DNA of 64,000 nt from Brachyspira sp. (lineage in GTDB: Bacteria; Spirochaetota; Brachyspiria; Brachyspirales; Brachyspiraceae): the NCBI RefSeq assembly GCF_029258575.1, contig NZ_JARHYI010000121.1, positions 1,188-65,187 of the forward strand, written 5' to 3'. This document shows, one piece after another, positions 1-9,844 of this stretch. The position numbers and the translations under genes were made by a program. How positions within the stretch are numbered: position 1 is the stretch's first letter; each line of letters starts with the position of its first letter. The notes beneath the pieces are model-generated. The model made no database searches and had not been told where the DNA came from. It saw nothing but the letters and a program-made list of their open reading frames with translations.

Positions 1-2
1 AT

Positions 3-398
3 GTTTATCAGATAAAGAAAAATGATTGGAAAGTAGAAGAAAATGATAAAACAATTACTTATAAACTTTTAGCGTATAAATTATCATCTTGGAGTGAGGA
101 TACATATTTAGTTATAAATGTTGATAAACAAAATAATACAAAAGAAATAATAATAGATTGGAACAGTAAAGATTTTGTATTTTCTGAACATAAGACATTT
201 TTTAGATTTGATGAAGATTTTCCTGATAATTTGGATTGTAAGGCAGATGAAAAAAGATTAAGTTCTATAGTTTTAAAATCTGATTATGTTTATGATAGTA
301 TTCTTAATTCTAATATGCTTATAATAAGAGCTTCGCTTGAAAAAAGCAAAACGACTAGAATGTTTGATGTTTCAAAGTTTAAAGATATAGCAAAATAA
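3..398 (+). CDS. 3' part of a hypothetical protein running in from the left edge
   Basis: Manually translated open frame VYQIKKNDWKVEE...FKDIAK ending at TAA 396-398; not in the ORF track. Confidence 0.7.
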   Translation, partial: VYQIKKNDWKVEENDKTITYKLLAYKLSSWSEDTYLVINVDKQNNTKEIIIDWNSKDFVFSEHKTFFRFDEDFPDNLDCKADEKRLSSIVLKSDYVYDSILNSNMLIIRASLEKSKTTRMFDVSKFKDIAK

Positions 399-480
399 AA
401 ATATATTTTAAAACTAAAAAATAAATATAAAACTTTCAGAAATAATTTTTTAATCTGTAAATGGGTTTATCATTAGCAAT

Positions 481-526
481 AATAAAAAAATGGTATCAGC
501 TTTTAATACTAATACCATTTTTTATT
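481..526. terminator. Probable bidirectional intrinsic terminator between convergent genes
   Basis: AATAAAAAAATGGTAT ... ATACCATTTTTTATT inverted repeat with A/T tails. Confidence 0.6.
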
Positions 527-546
527 AATATTGATAAAGTTATTAA

Positions 547-1614
547 TTAAAATTCTTTTATCTTTTCTTTATTTAAAGTTTTTATCAATGCTTTAGCTAT
601 TTCTATAGAAGCAATTATATCATCATAAGAAGCATAACAGTAATGACTATGAGCATATCTTGTAGCCACACCTAATACTATACTTGGAATTCCTAGATTA
701 GCTTTATGATAAGTAGCACCATTTGTAGAACCTTTTTCTCTTACTATAACCTGATGAGCTAAATGATTTTTTTGTGCTGTTTCTATAGTATATTTACTCA
801 ATCTAGGATTTGTAATCATACCGCCGTCAATTATTCTAAGCTGAGAACCTCTTCCTATAGCCCCATGAGCTCTATCACCATAATAGAAAGTATCATCAGC
901 TGGAGAACCTTCAAATACTATAACTAAATCAGGTTTTACTTTATTCGCGGCAACTGAAGCCCCTCTAGTTCCTACTTCCTCCTGTGCGGTCATCATTCCC
1001 ACCAAATTAACATTTAATTTTTCATCTTTCAATGCCTTTAAAGTTTCTATTACACATAAAGCACCAACTCTGTTATCTATCGCCTTAGCACATATACTTT
1101 TAGTTCTTTCATCATATCTGAAATCAACATCAGGTGCTATAGGATCTCCTATTTGTATTCCGAATACTTCTTGAGTTTCCTTTTTACTTCTAGTACCAAC
1201 ATCTATATACATGTCGTATAGAGCAGGCAGTTTTCTTCTCTCTTCATCCGTCATAAAATGAGGAGGTTTTGAACCTATTACTCCTTTCACATATTCACCA
1301 GATGAAGATTTTATTACAACGGAATTTGAAACTATATTTGGTATATGCCAACCTCCAAGTGGTATAAAAGATATTGTTCCATTATCATTTATATGTTCAG
1401 CCATAAAACCTATTTCATCTATATGACAGTCTAAAGCTACTATTGGCTTATCTTTATCTATTTTTTGAAGTCCTAAATACAAATTGTTTATAGAATCTCT
1501 TTCCTTATCTATAAATGATGTATGCTTTTTTATAATTTCTATAACATCATCTTCAAAGCCTGAAGGTCCGAATGCATTAGTTAAATCTTTCATCAAATTC
1601 AAAATATCATTCAT
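547..1614 (-). CDS. M42 family metallo-aminopeptidase
   Basis: GPSGFE, HIDEIG, DNRVG, QEEVG and RYAHS motifs. Confidence 0.92.
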   Translation of the reverse strand: MNDILNLMKDLTNAFGPSGFEDDVIEIIKKHTSFIDKERDSINNLYLGLQKIDKDKPIVALDCHIDEIGFMAEHINDNGTISFIPLGGWHIPNIVSNSVVIKSSSGEYVKGVIGSKPPHFMTDEERRKLPALYDMYIDVGTRSKKETQEVFGIQIGDPIAPDVDFRYDERTKSICAKAIDNRVGALCVIETLKALKDEKLNVNLVGMMTAQEEVGTRGASVAANKVKPDLVIVFEGSPADDTFYYGDRAHGAIGRGSQLRIIDGGMITNPRLSKYTIETAQKNHLAHQVIVREKGSTNGATYHKANLGIPSIVLGVATRYAHSHYCYASYDDIIASIEIAKALIKTLNKEKIKEF

Positions 1615-1845
1615 AAAAAATTCCTTTATAAAATACTAAATTAATTGCATTTACAATAGAATATAATAAATCATTTAAATAAAATATCAATTATTAAAGT
1701 ATAAATCTTTACAAATAATATGCATATATAAACTATCATTTTTTATGATGTCGATATACTGTGAAGTTTAAATATTAATTTATAAATGTGATTGTATTTT
1801 TATTAAATATAGTATAAAATGAATAAAAAAGAATAATAAAATTAC

Positions 1846-1873
1846 TTGACTTATAAACATTATATATTATAAT
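1846..1873 (+). promoter_or_regulatory. Sigma70-type promoter upstream of cheW
   Basis: TTGACT (1846-1851), 16 bp spacer, TATAAT (1868-1873); AAGGAG RBS just before the ATG at 1900. Confidence 0.6.
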
Positions 1874-1899
1874 TCTTAATACGACTTAAAGGAGCTAAC

Positions 1900-2379
1900 A
1901 TGAATAGTGCCATATCAAATCAAATACTTGTTTTTAAGATAAATAATGAATTGTACGGAATAGATATTCTTAAAGTTCAAGAAATATTAAATTTTATGCA
2001 GCCGTCTCCTATTCCAAATTGTCCTGATTATTTGAAAGGTATTATTAATTTAAGAGGTACTATAATTCTTGTTATAGATTTAAGAGCTAGATTCCATTTT
2101 GATGAACCTATGAATCCTGAAAACTGCGTAATTGTAGTTGTGGCAATAGGAGATAAAAAATACGGTTTAGTTGTTGACTCTGTATCTGATGTTCTTACTA
2201 TAAATAGTGAAAATATTCAAGAAGATATAGATATGCATGTAGGTATTGACAGTAGATATATAATGGGATTAGTAAAAGCTAATGAACAGATGATAATTTT
2301 GGTAGATATAGATAAAGTATTCATTCAAGATGAGCTTGATGATTTAACTAATGCTGTTAATAACTCTATAGTAAAGTAA
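1900..2379 (+). CDS. cheW: Chemotaxis adaptor CheW
   Basis: YGIDILKVQEI, GIINLRGTI..IDLR, GLVVDSVSDV. Confidence 0.95.
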   Translation: MNSAISNQILVFKINNELYGIDILKVQEILNFMQPSPIPNCPDYLKGIINLRGTIILVIDLRARFHFDEPMNPENCVIVVVAIGDKKYGLVVDSVSDVLTINSENIQEDIDMHVGIDSRYIMGLVKANEQMIILVDIDKVFIQDELDDLTNAVNNSIVK

Positions 2380-2391
2380 TTAGATAATATT

Positions 2392-2760
2392 ATGTCTTCT
2401 CATAGAATACTTAGAGTAAATGAAAATATTAAGCAAACTCTCTCTATGATTATAATGAGGGAGATAGAAGATCCTAGAATAAAGAATAATCTTGTTACTA
2501 TCACAAAAGTTGATACTGCTAAAGATTTGAAAAATGCAAAAGTATATTTTGTATGTTTGAATGAGGATAAGCAAAATGAAGTTCTTAATGGACTTAATAG
2601 TGCTAAAGGCGTAATATTTTCGTATCTTAGAAAACAGCTTACTATCAGATATGTACCTAATTTGACATTTCATTATGATAAAAATTTAATAGAAACCAAT
2701 AAGGTTTTAACAAGTATAAAAAAATTAGATATACCAGAAGAAATTCCTGAAGATAATTAA
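2392..2760 (+). CDS. rbfA: 30S ribosome-binding factor RbfA
   Basis: R..RVNENIKQTLS, DPRI, VTITKVDTAKDLKNAKVY, LTIRYVPNLTFHYD. Confidence 0.93.
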   Translation: MSSHRILRVNENIKQTLSMIIMREIEDPRIKNNLVTITKVDTAKDLKNAKVYFVCLNEDKQNEVLNGLNSAKGVIFSYLRKQLTIRYVPNLTFHYDKNLIETNKVLTSIKKLDIPEEIPEDN

Positions 2761-2792
2761 ACTTTTATAAATTAAATATTAAGGGTTTATTA

Positions 2793-3794
2793 ATGGCTAT
2801 TTGTAATAATGTTGATATAACAGTGTCTAAAGAAAAAATATTAGAAAGGTTATCCAAAGCTGATAATATAACTATCACAGGACATAGAAATCCTGATTGT
2901 GATTGTATATGTTCAGGGCTTGCTTTGTCTTTGATTATTAAAAATATATTCAATAAAGATGCATATGTAGTTAATACTGATAAAATACAGAGAGATTTAA
3001 AAAATATACTTTTTATTGATAAAGTAATTTTTGAAGTAAATGAAAATACTTTGCCTAAAAAAGATGTTTTAGTGGTTCTTGATTCTGGAGATATAGATAG
3101 AATAGGATGGCTTTCAGATATATTAAATGAATATAATGAAGTAATATTTATAGATCATCATAAAGTGAGAAATATTAAAGGTGTTACTATGTTTTATGAT
3201 GATACCACTGCAGGTGCTACTTGTGAGATAATAACCGATATATTTCAGGATTATATAGAAAAATTTGATTCTAATATAGCTACATTGCTTTACTGCGGAA
3301 TTTGTACCGATACTGGAAGTTTTATATTTACTAATACAACAGACAGAACTTTATTTTATGGTTCAAAACTTATGTCTGTAGGAATAATACAAGAGAATCT
3401 TGGTAATGTTGTTAGAAAAAGATATACTAAAAATGATGTTTCTGCTTTAATAGAAATATACAATAGAATGGTTATAGATGATAATAAAAAAATAGGATAT
3501 TTATGTTTGGAAGATACAATTTGTGGCATTAATATGAAAGAGCTTGCTGTAAGTGCTTCGGATATTCTTATTCAAATGGATGATGTATTAATAGGTTTCA
3601 TTATTCATGAAGGAGAGGAGAATTTTAGAGTTAGTATAAGAAGCAGATGTTCCAAAAATATTAGAGAAGTTGCTGAGAGTTTTGGTGGAGGAGGACATCC
3701 TAAAGCATCAGGTTTTTCTGTATCCAAAAATGATTACACGAAAGAAAGATTAATAACAGAAATAAATGATAAATTAACTTCCTTATTAGCTTAA
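2793..3794 (+). CDS. nrnA: DHH/DHHA1 phosphoesterase (NrnA-like nanoRNase/pAp phosphatase)
   Basis: GHRNPDCD, LDSG, IDHH, TDTGSF, GGGGHPKASG; follows rbfA as is common. Confidence 0.85.
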   Translation: MAICNNVDITVSKEKILERLSKADNITITGHRNPDCDCICSGLALSLIIKNIFNKDAYVVNTDKIQRDLKNILFIDKVIFEVNENTLPKKDVLVVLDSGDIDRIGWLSDILNEYNEVIFIDHHKVRNIKGVTMFYDDTTAGATCEIITDIFQDYIEKFDSNIATLLYCGICTDTGSFIFTNTTDRTLFYGSKLMSVGIIQENLGNVVRKRYTKNDVSALIEIYNRMVIDDNKKIGYLCLEDTICGINMKELAVSASDILIQMDDVLIGFIIHEGEENFRVSIRSRCSKNIREVAESFGGGGHPKASGFSVSKNDYTKERLITEINDKLTSLLA

Positions 3795-3800
3795 TGATTT

Positions 3801-4292
3801 ATGATAAAAGATGATATTATAATATATACAGACGGCGGATGCAGAGGAAATCCGGGACTTGGAGCTTGGGCTGCTATACTTATAAGTGAAAAACATAATC
3901 TTCGTCTTGAAATTGGTGGAAGTGAAGACAGTACCACAAATAATAGAATGGAAATGAAGGCTGTTATCAAGGCACTTGAGAGATTAAAGCATTCTCATAA
4001 TATTAAGCTTCATAGTGACAGTGCTTATTTAGTCAATGGCATGACAAAGTGGATATATTCTTGGCAGAAAAATAATTGGATAAAAAGTGATAAAAAGCCT
4101 GTGGAAAATAAAGAGTATTGGCTTGAATTAATAGAATTATCAAAAAGGCATAGTATAGAATTTATTAAAGTAAAAGGGCATTCCAACAACAAAGAAAATA
4201 ACCGTGCTGATGAAATAGTAAATATTCTTATGGATGAGCATATCAAAAAAGGAAAAATTTCTTCTTTTAATGAAAAGACTGAATATTGCTGA
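3801..4292 (+). CDS. rnhA: Ribonuclease HI
   Basis: YTDGGCRGNPG, TTNNRMEM, SDSAY, KVKGHS...NNRADE. Confidence 0.95.
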   Translation: MIKDDIIIYTDGGCRGNPGLGAWAAILISEKHNLRLEIGGSEDSTTNNRMEMKAVIKALERLKHSHNIKLHSDSAYLVNGMTKWIYSWQKNNWIKSDKKPVENKEYWLELIELSKRHSIEFIKVKGHSNNKENNRADEIVNILMDEHIKKGKISSFNEKTEYC

Positions 4293-4305
4293 TTTTAGTA
4301 TTTTA

Positions 4306-4550
4306 GGGCGTTATATAAAACAATAAATTTAAAAAAACTAGGGTGGGTGTTTCATATTCTGTTTTGGCAGTAAAAAAGATAAATGTGAAATTTAATATAA
4401 GATTATAAGAAAATAGGGTGGGGATAGAAATAAAGTTTAAAAACTTATTTACATACCCCGCCCTTTATTATTTTCTATGTAATTTTGGAATTAAAATTTT
4501 AATAGTCTTTTTGTATAATTAGAAATTTGAGCCCCCGCCAAGTTTTTATT
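4306..4550 (+). repeat. Intergenic nested inverted-repeat element, copy 1
   Basis: G-tracts 4341-4347 and 4415-4423, C-tracts 4456-4464 and 4532-4539; the 18-mer CATACCCCGCCCTTTATT (4452-4469) recurs exactly at 55367-55384. Confidence 0.8.
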
Positions 4551-4695
4551 AGATTTATGATTTTATTAAGATATGATTAATATATTTTTTATGAATATGA
4601 ATAGTTTTCAGCAAAAGAATTAACATAATTAAATTAACATAATAATACTTTACAATTTTATTCTTTTTTGTATAATACTTTGAAAGGATTATATT

Positions 4696-5736
4696 ATGTT
4701 TACTTATTTTGTTATTAAACGCATATTAAAAGGCATAATTATGTTTGTTATACTTATGTTTATGTCATCAGCTATATTTAATACAGTAAGCGAAAAAACC
4801 TTAAAAGCACAGATTGAAGAGAATATCAATGCTGAAGTAATAGGGTTAAATAATATGCGTACTGAAGATATTGAGAATTTTATTAAAGAGAGAAGAGCAT
4901 ATTATTATGATATATATTGGCTCAATAGAAGTGTAGGTGAGAGAATATTCATAAGAGCTATTAATACAATAACTTTTCAATTTGGAAAATCAGCTATTAT
5001 GCTGGATTCAAACGGTAATAGAGAAGTTATAAAAATAATATGCGAGGCACTTCCCCGTTCTATAATACTTTTCACAACGGCATCAGTAATACAAATGATT
5101 ATAGGTTTAATAATAGGACTTATAAAGGCAAGAAAAGCAGGCGGACTATTTGACAGAACAACAAGTATTATAACTATGATTGTATACGGTATGCCTACTT
5201 GGTGGCTTTCTATGATTCTTATAATGGTATTCGTTTATAAGTTTAATTTATTTCCATCTGGAGGAGTTCATTCCATACCAGTACCAACAGGAATAATGTA
5301 CTATTTAGATATGTTATGGCATATGGCATTGCCTATTTTCACATTAACTTTAATAGGTTTTTGGGGACTTTCATTTGTTGTAAGAAATATAGTATTATCC
5401 ACATTGCAGGAAGATTATATAATGGCGGCAAGGGCTAGAGGAATATCAGAAAAATCTGTTTTGCTTGGACATACTTTAAGAAGTTCAGCTCCTCCTATAG
5501 TTACAATAACTTTATTGGGATTACTTGGTTCTATTGCGGGATCAATTATATTTGAGGGTATATTCTCATGGCCTGGACTTGGAAATCTCTATTGGATATC
5601 AGTTCAGCAAAATGATATACCTGTACTAATGGGAAATTTGGCTATAACTACTGCACTTTATCAATTCGGTTTAGTAGTTCTTGATATATCTTACGGATTC
5701 TTGGATCCTAGAATAAAAATAGGAGGCAGGCTGTAA
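4696..5736 (+). CDS. Peptide/nickel ABC transporter permease (DppB/OppB-like)
   Basis: Multiple TM segments; EDYIMAARARG EAA motif; IFEGIFSWPGLG; LDPRI C-terminus. Confidence 0.9.
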   Translation: MFTYFVIKRILKGIIMFVILMFMSSAIFNTVSEKTLKAQIEENINAEVIGLNNMRTEDIENFIKERRAYYYDIYWLNRSVGERIFIRAINTITFQFGKSAIMLDSNGNREVIKIICEALPRSIILFTTASVIQMIIGLIIGLIKARKAGGLFDRTTSIITMIVYGMPTWWLSMILIMVFVYKFNLFPSGGVHSIPVPTGIMYYLDMLWHMALPIFTLTLIGFWGLSFVVRNIVLSTLQEDYIMAARARGISEKSVLLGHTLRSSAPPIVTITLLGLLGSIAGSIIFEGIFSWPGLGNLYWISVQQNDIPVLMGNLAITTALYQFGLVVLDISYGFLDPRIKIGGRL

Positions 5737-7157
5737 TGCAGAATAATGATATTAATAAAAATAATATTAATAAGAAACTTGCCCCTTTAATAGAATTTTT
5801 TAATGAGTTTAAAAAGGATAAAACAGGTGTTATAGGTTTATGTATACTAATTTTGTCAATTTTTGTATCTTTGCTTGAACCTTTGATTTTAACTTATAAA
5901 GAGTCTCCTAAAAGATGGAGAGATATAACATATTGGCAGGATAATCCCGCATCAGCAGCTCCTGAATGGATTAACTTCTTTCATAAAGAGAAATCAGCAA
6001 TTACAACCGATATTAAACCTATAAGTGTAGAAACTAATTATATAGATAATCAGGTTCATTATAAAACTATATTTGAATATGATTATAAATTCGACAAATC
6101 TCCAGTAGACTTGATTTTTCATGCCGATGTTAACGGTTCTGCAGGCTTGATATGGAATGTTATAAGACCAGACGGAGAATCAATAACCCTTTCAGATAGT
6201 TTAAATAATGTTAACGGCGATTTGAGAATATCAGCTTTCAATGATTCAAAAAATAGAATATTTAGATTTTACAGAGAATCAGTTCCAAGAATACTTGCAA
6301 GGCAAATTGACACTCTTACAACTAATCCTATGAAAATACTTTTTAATACAAAAAAAGATGATATGGCTAAAAATTTCGAAGTATTAAAAGGTGTTTACAG
6401 ATTTGAAGTAACAGGAAAATTTGCTGATAATAATTCTAGTTTTTCAAATCCTTATATGGTATTGGTAGGTTCTATGTCTGGTATAATGGGTACTGATAAT
6501 ATGAAACGCGATATATTTTCTGGACTTATTTCAGGTCTTAAATGGGCATTATTTATAGGTATAGCAACTAGTTTTATATCGGTTATAATAGGCGTAATGT
6601 ACGGAATAGTATCTGCATATTTCGGAGGTTTCATTGATAATGTAATGCAGTTTATTTATCAGATATTTATAGGAATACCTGTTCTTCCAGTGATGATAGT
6701 AATGAGTGCAATATTCAAGCCAAGCATATGGACTATGATAAGTATGATGATATTTTTCTCTTGGACAGGTTCTGTTATGACAGTTCGTTCTATGGCAATG
6801 CAGCTTAAAGAAGAAACATATATTGAGGCAGCAAGAACGATTGGAGCGGGGCATTTCAGAATAATATTTAATCATTTAGCTCCTTTACTTTTACCTTTTT
6901 CATTTGCTTCTATGGCTTTAGCTGTGCCTTCTGCAATAGTTTATGAATCCTCTTTATCATTACTCGGACTTGGAGATGCTTCTATAGTTACTTGGGGGCA
7001 AATTCTTCATGATGCTATGAAAGGTTCAGCTGTACTTTCTGGGCTTTGGTGGTGGATAATACCTCCTGGGATTTTAATTGCTGTTTTAGGTATGTCATTT
7101 GCATTTTTGGGATTTGCTTTGGATAAAATACTTCATCCTAAATTAAGAAGCAGATAA
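5736..7157 (+). CDS. Peptide/nickel ABC transporter permease (DppC/OppC-like) with large extracytoplasmic insert
   Basis: MGTDNMKRDIFS, EETYIEAARTIGA, SLSLLGLG, TWGQIL, WWWIIPPG; start overlaps the previous stop. Confidence 0.9.
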   Translation: MQNNDINKNNINKKLAPLIEFFNEFKKDKTGVIGLCILILSIFVSLLEPLILTYKESPKRWRDITYWQDNPASAAPEWINFFHKEKSAITTDIKPISVETNYIDNQVHYKTIFEYDYKFDKSPVDLIFHADVNGSAGLIWNVIRPDGESITLSDSLNNVNGDLRISAFNDSKNRIFRFYRESVPRILARQIDTLTTNPMKILFNTKKDDMAKNFEVLKGVYRFEVTGKFADNNSSFSNPYMVLVGSMSGIMGTDNMKRDIFSGLISGLKWALFIGIATSFISVIIGVMYGIVSAYFGGFIDNVMQFIYQIFIGIPVLPVMIVMSAIFKPSIWTMISMMIFFSWTGSVMTVRSMAMQLKEETYIEAARTIGAGHFRIIFNHLAPLLLPFSFASMALAVPSAIVYESSLSLLGLGDASIVTWGQILHDAMKGSAVLSGLWWWIIPPGILIAVLGMSFAFLGFALDKILHPKLRSR

Positions 7158-7169
7158 TTAGAAAATAAT

Positions 7170-7216
7170 AAAACATAGAAATATATATTTTTTATTTTTA
7201 TATATTCCTATGTTTT
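7170..7216. terminator. Probable bidirectional terminator
   Basis: AAAACATAGAAATATATA / TATATATTCCTATGTTTT near-perfect inverted repeat between convergent genes. Confidence 0.55.
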
Positions 7217-7223
7217 TTATTTT

Positions 7224-7721
7224 TTATTTAAAACATTTATGATATTCATTCAAATCTATACTATCTTCTTTGTTACCATAAAAACATAATGTATCTTCTA
7301 TATTTAATCCAAAATGTTTGAAACTTGATGTAATAGGAGAGAGTAAACTATTAATATCAAATTCTAATGAATCATAATGAGATTTATCTCCTCCTGTTGT
7401 AGTAATAATTTGAAAACTTTTGCCTTCTAAGAATTTATTATCATCACTATGAAGTAAAGCACTCAAAACAGTGTCCTGCCATTCTTTCAAAATACTTGGA
7501 GTACTGAACCAATATAAAGGAAATTGAAATATTATTTTATCAGATTTCTTCAATAACTCTATTTCATCTTTTATATTATCTTTACTTATCTTATTTTCAT
7601 TATAGATATCGCTTAGATTATGAATTGTTACATTGTCAAAATCTTTTATTGATTGAAGCAACTTACTATTAACTTTTGAGTCTTTCCAATGGCTATGTGC
7701 AAAAATTAGTAATATTTTCAT
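7224..7721 (-). CDS. NAD(P)H-dependent oxidoreductase, flavodoxin-like fold (KefF/MdaB family)
   Basis: ILLIFAH, IIFQFPLYWFSTPSILKEWQD, ITTTGG. Confidence 0.88.
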   Translation of the reverse strand: MKILLIFAHSHWKDSKVNSKLLQSIKDFDNVTIHNLSDIYNENKISKDNIKDEIELLKKSDKIIFQFPLYWFSTPSILKEWQDTVLSALLHSDDNKFLEGKSFQIITTTGGDKSHYDSLEFDINSLLSPITSSFKHFGLNIEDTLCFYGNKEDSIDLNEYHKCFK

Positions 7722-7780
7722 TTATTTCTCCTTATTATATTTTTTTACAATTATATCATATAATATAAATTATAGAAGAG

Positions 7781-8198
7781 TTAATTTTTTTTTTTATTGA
7801 TGCTAAAAGTTATTTCAATGCTTTCTTTTTCAAGTATTTCTCTAAGTTCATTAGCATTTTCTATATATCCTATTCTTGTATAGCTGTAAGAAGTTTTAAA
7901 AATTTCGTAAAATATAACTATACAATTATTTCCATAAAGCATAAAGTCCCATGTTTTTATATTACATATATTTTTAGTTTTTACTGTAAGATTTTTTCTT
8001 AAATTATAATATTTTTCATTATTATTTAAATCATTTATATTAATTGTTAAAGGAATTATATATAAAAAGTCTTTTGCTTTTTGATTATTATTTAATTTAA
8101 CATTTGTATTTAAAGTATTAAATATATTATTTCTGTAAATAAAATTGTATGCTGTTAATAATAAAAAAAGCTGATAAAGTAAATGAATACATTAGCAT
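7781..8198 (-). pseudogene. Frameshifted cyclophilin-like fold protein
   Basis: Open frame 8191-7781 reads ...PLTININDLNNNEKYYNL...DFMLYGNNCIVIFYEIFKTSYSYTRIGYIEN..., typical of the cyclophilin-like family; ATG at 8198 is one base out of frame across a T7 run (A7 at 8163-8169 on +). Confidence 0.7.
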
Positions 8199-8403
8199 AT
8201 AATTAAGTATTAAAAAATTTATTTTCAATTATAATTTATGATAAGAATATAACAAAATACTTATATAATATATAAGTATTGCTAATATTCCATAATTGAT
8301 TTATTATATTTACATATTGTCTGTTTATAAAATTGTATATTTTTATTTTTAAAAAAACTTTTACAAATATTGTTTTAATAGTATTATATATATAATATAA
8401 TTA

Positions 8404-9087
8404 ATGATTAGGTTGTTTATGAGAAAAATAATTTATATTTTTATAATTTTATCATCGTTTTTTAATTTTGCTTATACTCTTACGGATATAGAGACTAAAT
8501 TCTTAAAATCATGCGAAGAGGGGAAATATGATACAGTGGCTGCTCTTATAAGTAAAAAAGTTAATGTTAATGTTTTATCAGAAGACGGAGTTACTGGCTT
8601 AATGCTTGCTTCTCATCATGGTCATAAAGCGGTAGTAAGACTTTTAATAAATTCATATGCTGATGTTAATATTGCTGATAAAGTTGGATATACTGCATTA
8701 ATAATGGCAGCAACTGGTGGACATATAGATATAGTTAAGATATTAATAAAAGCTAATGCTAATTTAAATGTCCGTAATAATTATGGAGAAACTGCTTTGC
8801 ATGTAGCTTCATATGGATTGCATTCGGATATTGTTCAGACTTTAATAAATAATAAGGCTGATGTTAATGCGGTTAATAATGATGGTTATAATGCTTTGGT
8901 AATGGTTTTTATGTCTGCAGATAAAAGTGAAAATATGCTTCCTGTTGCTAAGATATTATGCGATAATGGTGTTAATGTTAATAATAAAGATAGAAATGGA
9001 AGAACTGTTCTTACTTATGTTAAGAATCATTATAAAAAACCTGAAAGTTTGATTGAATTTCTTTCCAGTTATGGAGCTACTGAGTAA
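8404..9087 (+). CDS. Secreted ankyrin-repeat protein
   Basis: Hydrophobic N-terminal signal; repeats GVTGLMLAS, GYTALIMAA, GETALHVAS, GYNALVMV. Confidence 0.9.
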   Translation: MIRLFMRKIIYIFIILSSFFNFAYTLTDIETKFLKSCEEGKYDTVAALISKKVNVNVLSEDGVTGLMLASHHGHKAVVRLLINSYADVNIADKVGYTALIMAATGGHIDIVKILIKANANLNVRNNYGETALHVASYGLHSDIVQTLINNKADVNAVNNDGYNALVMVFMSADKSENMLPVAKILCDNGVNVNNKDRNGRTVLTYVKNHYKKPESLIEFLSSYGATE

Positions 9088-9158
9088 TTTAATAAAATCT
9101 TGTAAAAACATTAAACTCATATATAATTTAATATCGTAATTTATTTAAGGAGAATTGT

Positions 9159-9785
9159 ATGTTGGAAGAATTAATAAATAGAATTCCAAAGTTAGAGAGA
9201 ATAAAAGATAATATAGAAAAAGCTATAGAGAAAACTATAAAATGTTATGAAAGAGGAAATAAAGTTTTAATAGCGGGCAATGGAGGAAGTGCATGCGACA
9301 GTGAACATATAGCTGGAGAATTATTAAAAAGTTTTTTAAAGAAGCGTCCTATAGATGAAAATATTAGAAATGAACTTATTAAATTTGATGACGGAGCTTA
9401 TATTGCTGATAATTTAGAATCGCCTTTAAGGGCTGTTGCTTTAACTTCTCATTTAGGGCTTTCAAGTGCATATCTTAATGATAAAGAACCTTATTTAGTA
9501 TTTGCTCAGCAGTTATTAGGTTTTGGAGATAAAGGAGATATTTTCTTTGCTATAAGTACATCTGGAAATGCTAAAAATATTATTTATGCTGCTAAACTTG
9601 CTAAGGCTATGGGAATAGAAATTATATCATTTACTAATGAACATGGAGGAAAGCTTGCTGAGATGGCTGATATAGCTATAAAAGCACCTGCAAAAGAAAC
9701 TCATATATCACAGGAATACCATGAGGCTATATATCATGAAATTTGTATAAAAGTTGAAGAGCATTTTTTTAAAGAGAATAGATAA
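9159..9785 (+). CDS. gmhA: Phosphoheptose (sedoheptulose-7-phosphate) isomerase
   Basis: AGNGGSACDSEHIAGEL, FAQQL, ISTSGNAKN, QEYH. Confidence 0.88.
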   Translation: MLEELINRIPKLERIKDNIEKAIEKTIKCYERGNKVLIAGNGGSACDSEHIAGELLKSFLKKRPIDENIRNELIKFDDGAYIADNLESPLRAVALTSHLGLSSAYLNDKEPYLVFAQQLLGFGDKGDIFFAISTSGNAKNIIYAAKLAKAMGIEIISFTNEHGGKLAEMADIAIKAPAKETHISQEYHEAIYHEICIKVEEHFFKENR

Positions 9786-9806
9786 AAATATATAATTATA
9801 ATAATG

Positions 9807-9838
9807 AAAAAGGCTTGTAAAATTACAAGCCTTTTTTT
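9807..9838. terminator. Bidirectional intrinsic terminator
   Basis: AAAAAGGCTTGTAA-AA-TTACAAGCCTTTTT perfect stem between convergent genes. Confidence 0.85.
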
Positions 9839-9844
9839 AATCAA

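Noticed and set aside
1729-1757. TAAA...GTCGATAT as a sigma28 promoter for cheW
   Set aside because: Spacer is 17 nt rather than 15, and a good sigma70 promoter lies closer to the gene
4341-4423. G-tracts as a G-quadruplex or CRISPR repeats
   Set aside because: Tracts are far apart and have complementary C-tracts; no regular repeat-spacer periodicity and no cas genes
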